From IMG/VR virus record IMGVR_UViG_3300032038_000016, positions 66,668 to 130,667 of that record: a stretch of 64,000 nucleotides of DNA; one strand, written 5' to 3'. The notes below the pieces were generated by a model. That model saw nothing but the letters and a program-made list of their open reading frames with translations, was not told where the DNA came from and searched no databases. The stretch is from a virus. Lineage: Duplodnaviria > Caudoviricetes. Both the position numbers and the translations under genes were made by a program. This document shows, one piece after another, positions 54,228-61,460 of this stretch (its first letter is position 1; each line of letters begins with the position of its first letter).

Positions 54228-55145
54228 TTATTCTCTTGGAACTGTCACATTGATTGTGTTCGTAACATCACCATACATGAATTCACCATCTCCAGCATTT
54301 AAATAAAATACATTGTTAATGGTATCAAGAACACCAACTTGTCCATCCAGCACACGTCTTGCTGGGACGAGGTGATAATGTACGCCACGTGCAGTACAAT
54401 CAAAGCTATACATTCTCAAATATTTACAAATATCATTTGCAACGCCATCATTATTTTTTGCAAATAAGAATAATGTGTAAGTTAAATCACCTGGCGATTC
54501 TGTGGAAGAACATGTGATAGAATTACCATTAATTGAAAATTTCGAACCATTGATTCGATAATACATCGTGGCCTTTTCATCAAACATGATCTGTTCTTCT
54601 AAGTATGATCCATTATGTTCAAACCACCATGTTGCCCGAATATTATTGTTAGTACTTGTACCAGTATAATTGATATAGTATGATAACTGTTGACTATTCT
54701 GTGAAGGAGTGCCTCCTGTAGATGAATGACCCACTCTCTGAATATAATGTGTGTTACTTTCTGTAACTCCCAAAAATGTATCATGTCTTTTAATTGAACT
54801 ATTTGGGTGAATTTCTTCATTATCCGGAATTGACAATTCAGCTGTGAATTTTAATTGATTACCAAACGCTGGAATGTTTGTATTAATATATGCTTGGCCA
54901 TCAGATTGTAGCCATTCCAATATTTCATAAACTGGAATTTCTTTTTCACGTGGAACCCATGTTGTTAATTTACTATCGATCTGTGATAATGATGTATTGA
55001 TCATTCTTAATTTTTCAATCGATGGACGTAAATCGATTTCCAAACGATCGATGATATATTCCCATGGAGGGAGTTGTACAATGTCCTTATCCGGTAATTC
55101 TAAAGTAACCGGTCGATTTTCATTTGTAATTGGCATAATTGCCAT
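54228..55145 (-). CDS. Tail-operon protein with ConA/LamG-like module
   Basis: YEILEWLQSDGQAYINT...MYSF...LVPARR..DGQVGVLDTINNVFY. ATG 55145 after gaaagga. Confidence 0.7.
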   Translation of the reverse strand: MAIMPITNENRPVTLELPDKDIVQLPPWEYIIDRLEIDLRPSIEKLRMINTSLSQIDSKLTTWVPREKEIPVYEILEWLQSDGQAYINTNIPAFGNQLKFTAELSIPDNEEIHPNSSIKRHDTFLGVTESNTHYIQRVGHSSTGGTPSQNSQQLSYYINYTGTSTNNNIRATWWFEHNGSYLEEQIMFDEKATMYYRINGSKFSINGNSITCSSTESPGDLTYTLFLFAKNNDGVANDICKYLRMYSFDCTARGVHYHLVPARRVLDGQVGVLDTINNVFYLNAGDGEFMYGDVTNTINVTVPRE

Positions 55146-55171
55146 ATGAATCAATCCTTTCTGAAAAGTAT

Positions 55172-55184
55172 TTACGAAACCGTT
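55172..55184 (-). promoter_or_regulatory. Putative late promoter AACG-N6-TAA
   Basis: Minus strand AACG-GTTTCG-TAA at the head of the receptor-binding operon. Confidence 0.65.
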
Positions 55185-55224
55185 TCGATACAAAAATGAA
55201 CAAAACAAGAAAAAAGATTCAGCG

Positions 55225-55244
55225 GCCCAACCTATTGGTTGGGC
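55225..55244 (-). terminator. Intrinsic terminator
   Basis: gcccaacc-tatt-ggttgggc with a downstream minus-strand U-rich tract. Confidence 0.7.
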
Positions 55245-55265
55245 TCCACTTACCTCTTTTCCACC

Positions 55266-55508
55266 TCATGCCAACTCGAAAGTCGGTACGAGAATGGTGT
55301 GATCACAGATGATATAGCTGAGTCTGTGGGTTCCCTTCTCCAGAGTGAACTCTGCAGAATTGAACTTAGACTGCAACTGCTTCATCAATATAGCCTGGCA
55401 AGCCATGACTGCACTGTGAGCATCATCTGCGTCAACATACCACTGTGTAGAAGCAGGAGTGTCACCACCCATCCACTTCTTCAGTGTGATATTCACACAA
55501 TATCTCAT
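55266..55508 (-). CDS. Small hypothetical protein (80 aa)
   Basis: ATG 55508 after ggaaggaagtga. The longer ORF-track start lies inside a terminator hairpin. Confidence 0.65.
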   Translation of the reverse strand: MRYCVNITLKKWMGGDTPASTQWYVDADDAHSAVMACQAILMKQLQSKFNSAEFTLEKGTHRLSYIICDHTILVPTFELA

Positions 55509-55603
55509 AAAATCACTTCCTTCCAAGTAGAACAAATTGTTAATACGAGCTTCGTGTGTTTTTCCACTCCACACGAGGTTCACTTCTTTCTTCTTTAATG
55601 CGT

Positions 55604-55622
55604 GCCGCCCCATTGGGGCGGC
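55604..55622 (-). terminator. Terminator hairpin (CCGCCCC family)
   Basis: gccgcccc-att-ggggcggc. Confidence 0.75.
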
Positions 55623-55640
55623 TTTAGCATTTTATCATTT

Positions 55641-56237
55641 TTACTTCAATTCAAGAATCGGAATATTATAAGCCTGAGCAACGCTCCATTCCACCATACA
55701 ACCACGGGCCTTTTCCCAACCATCCACGAAATAGATATAATCCGCTTTGCCAAGAATCTGGATACTATGACCAAGATAGAACAACGAAGGAATCTTGCAA
55801 GTTTCGGGAGGATTCTCATCAACATAATACTGGTCAAGGAAATGGAGAATGACATTCTTATCTTCGAAATGCTTATAGATTTTCTTAATTGCCAAATCAC
55901 GTTCATACAGAACTTCGTCATCATTCAATCCGCTCATAGGCTGTGCAATGAAAATCTTCAACACACGTTTCATATTCGGCCAACACCATTCATCATTCTC
56001 AACATCTTTGGGCATAATCATTCCAGTTTCGTTTGCCAAAACCTTTGCGATATGGAACAGCTGAATGGAACTAATTCCCGCAATATCAGTCAAAGAACAA
56101 CCTTCGGTATTCTGAAGCTCTGCAATGTCCCACACATACACCAAACCATTTTCGATTAACTTCTTCTTGATTGCAAACTGAATGGAAGGCACCTGGACAA
56201 TTCTAATCTTCTTTGGGTCTTTTACTTCATTATTCAT
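55641..56237 (-). CDS. DUF4406/nucleoside-deoxyribosyltransferase-like domain fused to an N-terminal RNAP alphaCTD-like HhH domain
   Basis: C-terminal KIFIAQPMSG...ADYIYFVDGWEKARGCMVE...A...NIPI. N-terminal KKLIENGLVYVWDI...LTDIAGISSIQLFHIAKVL. Confidence 0.7.
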   Translation of the reverse strand: MNNEVKDPKKIRIVQVPSIQFAIKKKLIENGLVYVWDIAELQNTEGCSLTDIAGISSIQLFHIAKVLANETGMIMPKDVENDEWCWPNMKRVLKIFIAQPMSGLNDDEVLYERDLAIKKIYKHFEDKNVILHFLDQYYVDENPPETCKIPSLFYLGHSIQILGKADYIYFVDGWEKARGCMVEWSVAQAYNIPILELK

Positions 56238-57495
56238 AATCTTCTGCTCCTTTTGTGCAATAATCTAATAATTGATCAATCGAATCTCCACGCATCACAT
56301 GTGTCTGCAATTCCGCAAATGTAAGATGCTCCTTAATGGGAAGACAACGATCAATTTCAACATCTGTACCATAATGGAACTTGATAAACTGTTCCAGTGT
56401 TTCATGTGTCGCACAGGGAATCTCCAACTTCAAATCACAACGACCGGGTCTAATCAATGCCGGGTCCAAACGTTCAATGTGGTTTGTTGTAAACACATAA
56501 ATGATATTTGTTGGAGAACCGATACCATCCAATGCATTGAGAATCGTTGCTAACCCAGTTCTCTTTTTCTCTTTCTCATCATCATGATGATCGTCATCAC
56601 GTGTCAAGTTAAACAATCCAGAGTCAACATCTTCAAACACCATCACACGATACTGATTGTTACCAAATGCATGACGTCCAACATTACCTGCGATGATTTC
56701 ATAAATGTCTCCAATTCTATCACCGGAAGCGACATACAATGGACCATTTACATGAGAAGCAATTGCCTGAACAATGCTCGATTTACCAGTTCCGGGTTCA
56801 GAATACAGCAGAATCCCAAAGTGATTCGGGATATTGTTTTCGATATACCACTGACGTCTTGCAATATACGCATCAATCGATTCCATCAACAGTTCTTTCT
56901 GTTCATTCGGAATGAATACGTCATGGAAAGTGCGAAGTTTCATATTGATGACATCTGCATGATTATACATTGGATTGATCAAATACACAGGTGTGTTGTT
57001 CTTTATCTCATGATCCACTGTCATTGCTTTGAGCTTATGCAAGAATTCATTCATGGCACAACGGCAATACGGATGATTCAATGTGATCAATTTTACAGAG
57101 GATGATGCGATAGTACCGTTATTACCAACGGCTTGTTCTGCTGTTTTACTGATGATAGAAATAAAGATCGGTACACCATCGTACAAAGTCATGTCGATAT
57201 AATCATTCTTGATATTCCAGTTCTGAGGACCTACAATATTCTCCTGTTTGCCATAACCAGTTTCAGCCATACTAAGATTTGCTTGGATAGGGTAGTTCTT
57301 AAAGATTTTTGCCAACGTCACATTCACAAAGGAACGAGAATCAGAGATATCAACTGTGTACAGAGTCTTGGACTTAACAGCTTCTACACCAAACTTGAGT
57401 GCAGGCTTTACAAACTCTGCCATGATTGCGGCAGACACAGTTTCAATCACCATCTTAGTGAAGGACGGGGTTTCAAATTTCTTTTTCTTTTTCAT
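56230..57495 (-). CDS. BCS1-like AAA+ ATPase
   Basis: WY...IP..FGILLYSEPGTGKS (Walker A), VFEDVD (Walker B), ILNALDG and TTNHIERLDPALIRPGRCD (SRH). Confidence 0.9.
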   Translation of the reverse strand: MKKKKKFETPSFTKMVIETVSAAIMAEFVKPALKFGVEAVKSKTLYTVDISDSRSFVNVTLAKIFKNYPIQANLSMAETGYGKQENIVGPQNWNIKNDYIDMTLYDGVPIFISIISKTAEQAVGNNGTIASSSVKLITLNHPYCRCAMNEFLHKLKAMTVDHEIKNNTPVYLINPMYNHADVINMKLRTFHDVFIPNEQKELLMESIDAYIARRQWYIENNIPNHFGILLYSEPGTGKSSIVQAIASHVNGPLYVASGDRIGDIYEIIAGNVGRHAFGNNQYRVMVFEDVDSGLFNLTRDDDHHDDEKEKKRTGLATILNALDGIGSPTNIIYVFTTNHIERLDPALIRPGRCDLKLEIPCATHETLEQFIKFHYGTDVEIDRCLPIKEHLTFAELQTHVMRGDSIDQLLDYCTKGAEDYE

Positions 57496-57547
57496 TGGGA
57501 TCTTCCTTTCATTAAATAAAATTCATAACCCATACGGATTACATATT

Positions 57548-57559
57548 AATATTATATAT
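57548..57559 (-). promoter_or_regulatory. Putative early promoter ATATATAATATT
   Basis: Identical to 21619-21630; abuts the upstream terminator. Confidence 0.55.
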
Positions 57560-57560
57560 A

Positions 57561-57588
57561 CAATTGGCGGGAAAAATCCCGCCAATTG
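57561..57588 (-). terminator. Terminator hairpin of the gyrB operon
   Basis: caattggcggga-aaaa-tcccgccaattg. Confidence 0.8.
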
Positions 57589-57590
57589 CA

Positions 57591-58349
57591 TTACTTCATA
57601 AACGGTTCATAACTACGTTGAACAATTTCACCGAAATACATTGTGCCATTCACCAACACATATGTTCCACTCATTGACTTCGTAACATCTAACACGGTGA
57701 AGTTGAATTTCCGAAGCACATCAGACAACTCAAACAACTCAGAAGAATTGTTACAATGAAACAATACCAATCCTTCCATGAATGAATTATCCATTAAACT
57801 TTTGATAGATATATCGGATTGCATCACATGGCAAATGACACCCGATGGAACACTTCTACGAATTAATGAAATTTTGTCTGTTGTAAACGATGTTCCTTTT
57901 TCAAATATCTGGAACTTCGTATGCTGTCTCATAATTCCAATATAAGTAATCTGTTGAGGATCATCTTCCATTAAAAAGGTTTTCAGCAACAGCACAATGT
58001 CTTCCAATTCTTTTGTGGAGTTCGGTAACTGCTCTCGAAGAAGCGGTGGTGTAGCATCATACAAAATATCCAATGCTTCACCAATTGTGATATTCATTTC
58101 GAATTTGAAATCATCAACAGTCTTTGTCAATTTCGAATGTTCACGTAAATTCAAATAATTTGCTTCCCAAAATAATCGATAATAAACATCAATCAATTCT
58201 TTGTTATCTTCAATCAATATCTCTATGGAAATGAAATGCTGATTATAGATTGCTTCGGAACGGATGTTGTTCCGAAGCATATACTGAAAGACTTCAAACT
58301 GGTTATCATTCGACATTGTGGGAAGTGATGTGATATTCAAAACTTTCAT
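57591..58349 (-). CDS. Hypothetical protein
   Basis: 252 aa; last gene of the gyrB operon. Confidence 0.75.
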   Translation of the reverse strand: MKVLNITSLPTMSNDNQFEVFQYMLRNNIRSEAIYNQHFISIEILIEDNKELIDVYYRLFWEANYLNLREHSKLTKTVDDFKFEMNITIGEALDILYDATPPLLREQLPNSTKELEDIVLLLKTFLMEDDPQQITYIGIMRQHTKFQIFEKGTSFTTDKISLIRRSVPSGVICHVMQSDISIKSLMDNSFMEGLVLFHCNNSSELFELSDVLRKFNFTVLDVTKSMSGTYVLVNGTMYFGEIVQRSYEPFMK

Positions 58350-58361
58350 AACATCATTCCT

Positions 58362-59396
58362 TTATAATAATTCTAATAAGTTTAATCCATCAATATTCAA
58401 TTTTTGCAATCCGTCAATATCTAATAAGTCAATTAACATTCCTTTGGTCTTTTCAATCAATGATGGAGGAATTAATTTGGTATGAAGATCCACATCAATC
58501 AATTGGTAAGATTGACGAATGTAATCGTGATGGCACTCATCAATCACGGGTAATACCGATTCAATGGATTTCGGGTCACTTGGAATCTTGTGTTGATCTA
58601 AAGCTCTCATCATATTCAATGCAAAGTTGGAGATACCAATCTGCGGCATTCCAATAATTCCACGATTGGTATCACCGATGATACATTGGAACACATTATA
58701 GAATACACGATTACTACAGAAGGTCTCCATGATATCTTCATCAATCTTCGAGATAGCTCGACACACCATCACTGGATCTGTCAATTGTGATGTTCCATTA
58801 CGAGAATATCTGGAATAAATCACTTTGGAGTTTGGGATATACTGATAAGATGTGAATAATGAATTACCCGTTACAATTAACTTCGTACGAGTTTGCTCGG
58901 ATATAATGTTTGGTACGACATAAGAATCAAGGAAGTTCGTTCGGATTAAATAACTCTTTGGAATATACTTTAATACCACTTCAATCTTTTTCATTGCCTC
59001 TGTCCAATAATACACCATCTGTGAATATCGATCTTGCCTAAACTTATTCACATACTGATTGAGATAGGCGTGCATGATATCTTGCTCAGGAAGAGGTCTC
59101 ATCTCAAAATCATTCACAATCAAAAAGATTCTCACATCAGTTAATTTACGTGAATAATCTTTCCAATGTTTGACTGCTGATAAGATGCTGCTAACAATAT
59201 CCTTTTCCGCATTATCAGAGAATGGTAATGAATTCATAAACTTAGATGCAGATGATAATACATTCACCAAAGTGTTTAAATCGAGATAAATGTCCAACGG
59301 TTGCTCGGAAGGATAATCCATTCCGAGCACATTGGTAATCACACGATACTTAGGTTTCATATAAGACCCAACAATCGGTCCAATCGAATATGACAT
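58362..59396 (-). CDS. 5'-3' exonuclease/FEN (PIN)-fold protein, possibly inactive
   Basis: IYLDLNTL strand, KLIVTGN and IIGDTNRGIIGMPQIG (H3TH-like) patterns. Confidence 0.55.
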   Translation of the reverse strand: MSYSIGPIVGSYMKPKYRVITNVLGMDYPSEQPLDIYLDLNTLVNVLSSASKFMNSLPFSDNAEKDIVSSILSAVKHWKDYSRKLTDVRIFLIVNDFEMRPLPEQDIMHAYLNQYVNKFRQDRYSQMVYYWTEAMKKIEVVLKYIPKSYLIRTNFLDSYVVPNIISEQTRTKLIVTGNSLFTSYQYIPNSKVIYSRYSRNGTSQLTDPVMVCRAISKIDEDIMETFCSNRVFYNVFQCIIGDTNRGIIGMPQIGISNFALNMMRALDQHKIPSDPKSIESVLPVIDECHHDYIRQSYQLIDVDLHTKLIPPSLIEKTKGMLIDLLDIDGLQKLNIDGLNLLELL

Positions 59397-59411
59397 AATT
59401 TCACTCCTTTC

Positions 59412-61427
59412 TTACAAAGTCGATTCTCCAAACAAGTAATCCGAGAATGCACGAACACCAACACGGTTAATCTCATTTCTCAAATCAAAGATGGATTGAA
59501 GTAACTGATTTCCTGCACGTTCAAAGGCCAACGAAGTTGTTGCAGATTCAGATGCACCCAAAGCCGTCTTCAACGGGAGAATCTGGTATGGCTCACCTTC
59601 ATTCAACCAGTTGGGTCTACGAACTTTGTCTTCTGGATTTCTCAACAAATGTCCAATAATAATCTCACCATGAACAGAGAAGATGGGAATTAAACCATCC
59701 AACAATCTCATCAATGTGACAACAGCCTCTTCGATACTATCCATCTTAGATGCATGAGAGGTGAAGAATTTCATAATGTTCATATAACGAGCAATGATGG
59801 AGATATTAATCGGTGTGATGTTACAAAGTTCTCCACCACCCTCGATAACCTTGAATGATGAAATCTTCAGATATTCTACATCGTTAATCTCAACTTTCTT
59901 CATCTTGGACAATACATCATCTGGAACCACGATATCGGAATAATGTCCAATACGAACTTCTTCCATATCCTTACCACAATAGAATGTCAACGAATCAGAA
60001 ATATCTTCATAATAGTCAGCTCTCAAATAGATGTCAAACTTCTTTTCATCGTTGGGATATACCGTAGAAGAATTGAGAGTAAACCATTTCTCAAAGTTCT
60101 CGGAGAAGTCAATCTTTTCCGCATCAGTCTTCAACAGATGTTTTGCAGACAAGATGTTCTGAGATACACGAGATGTCATCAGTTCTGTCGTATAGATGAA
60201 TCCACCCTCAAGTTGTCCAACTTGTAATGCAATTGTTCCATAGCAAACATGACAGCAATCCTCATTCAAGTTACATGTGCATGGAGAACGGAACCACAAT
60301 CTTTTTCCCAACAGACTACGATCATCTTTGTGTAACACACGAAGAATACCATCATGTCTTGTTCTCTGATAGAAACGGCCATTCATCATTCGCAATGCTG
60401 TCTCATCAATTGTCATCGGGATTAAGTTACGTGATCCACAATCATAAACTGTCTTAGAGATTGTACCGTATGTGAGAATCATCAAGTTTCTGTTGAAGTA
60501 TCCTGCGTCACCCATCCATCTATCATTCATCAAGTCTGGAACTTTCGCAGCAATTGCTCCACCATAGAAAACATCCAAATCATGATAACCTGCTTTGAAA
60601 CCATTTCCGTTCATAATAACCGGAACGATTTCTTTTCCATCCGGAATCTGTGAGAAGTTGATATACAACTCTTCCATCTGCTTCGGTTTCACAATCTTTG
60701 CATACTTGGAATCGATAAAGAACGGATTACCACGAGCAATCATTTCTTTCTCGAGAATCTTATAACGACGAGCATTCTCTTCCACAATCTCCGCAGTCTG
60801 CATATCGGAAGTATACTCAGTGTTGTTGATTTCACGAACAACTTCGGATTCCATATAATGATCCAAGAACAAGTTTTCCGCACAAAAGATTTGCATATCT
60901 GCTTGACCAAACACAAGTGTCTGTTCTTTCAAATCCAATGACATTCTTGCAATGATTTCCTGAATCTGTTGGATGGTCAATCCATTTCCACGCAATACAT
61001 CAACGATATTATTCTGAATCTGCACACGATCTTTCTCGGACATGAACTTATGGAGAATGAAATCATTAATATCCACCTTGTCAATATACGGAAGGATCGT
61101 ACGGATAAATGCCATTGAAATCATAAAACGATTCAACGGGATTGCATACGTCTGTGTGTCATCAATCTTTACCTTGAAACGAATCGGGGTATGTTGAAGA
61201 ACATCACTATCGGGATTCTTTGGGTTCACATGAACATTCCAACAGCAAACAGCAACATCAATCACACGTTCATACAATGTCGCATAATCGTCTTGGTGAC
61301 GATAACGATCCAGAACAATCACATCTCCGAGTAACTCGTAAATCGTATCAGGAGAAGTAATCTCCTGATACTTGCGAATGTCGGGAAAACGTGATTCATT
61401 CACATCAGTCTTTGTGTTAAAATTCAT
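59412..61427 (-). CDS. Phage multisubunit RNA polymerase beta'-like subunit, C-terminal part (probably non-virion RNAP)
   Basis: Bridge-helix-like GFKAG...GDAGYFNRNL, DCGS, Zn site RSPCTC...CCHVCYG and trigger-loop-like SQNILSAKH. No DxDGD motif. Confidence 0.85.
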   Translation of the reverse strand: MNFNTKTDVNESRFPDIRKYQEITSPDTIYELLGDVIVLDRYRHQDDYATLYERVIDVAVCCWNVHVNPKNPDSDVLQHTPIRFKVKIDDTQTYAIPLNRFMISMAFIRTILPYIDKVDINDFILHKFMSEKDRVQIQNNIVDVLRGNGLTIQQIQEIIARMSLDLKEQTLVFGQADMQIFCAENLFLDHYMESEVVREINNTEYTSDMQTAEIVEENARRYKILEKEMIARGNPFFIDSKYAKIVKPKQMEELYINFSQIPDGKEIVPVIMNGNGFKAGYHDLDVFYGGAIAAKVPDLMNDRWMGDAGYFNRNLMILTYGTISKTVYDCGSRNLIPMTIDETALRMMNGRFYQRTRHDGILRVLHKDDRSLLGKRLWFRSPCTCNLNEDCCHVCYGTIALQVGQLEGGFIYTTELMTSRVSQNILSAKHLLKTDAEKIDFSENFEKWFTLNSSTVYPNDEKKFDIYLRADYYEDISDSLTFYCGKDMEEVRIGHYSDIVVPDDVLSKMKKVEINDVEYLKISSFKVIEGGGELCNITPINISIIARYMNIMKFFTSHASKMDSIEEAVVTLMRLLDGLIPIFSVHGEIIIGHLLRNPEDKVRRPNWLNEGEPYQILPLKTALGASESATTSLAFERAGNQLLQSIFDLRNEINRVGVRAFSDYLFGESTL

Positions 61428-61460
61428 AAGCCATTCTTCCTACCTTTCTTTCTTTAGTTA

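Noticed and set aside
42972-55145. Diversity-generating retroelement targeting the Asn/Tyr-rich fibres
   Set aside because: No reverse transcriptase and no template/variable repeat pair with adenine-specific mismatches was seen in this window.
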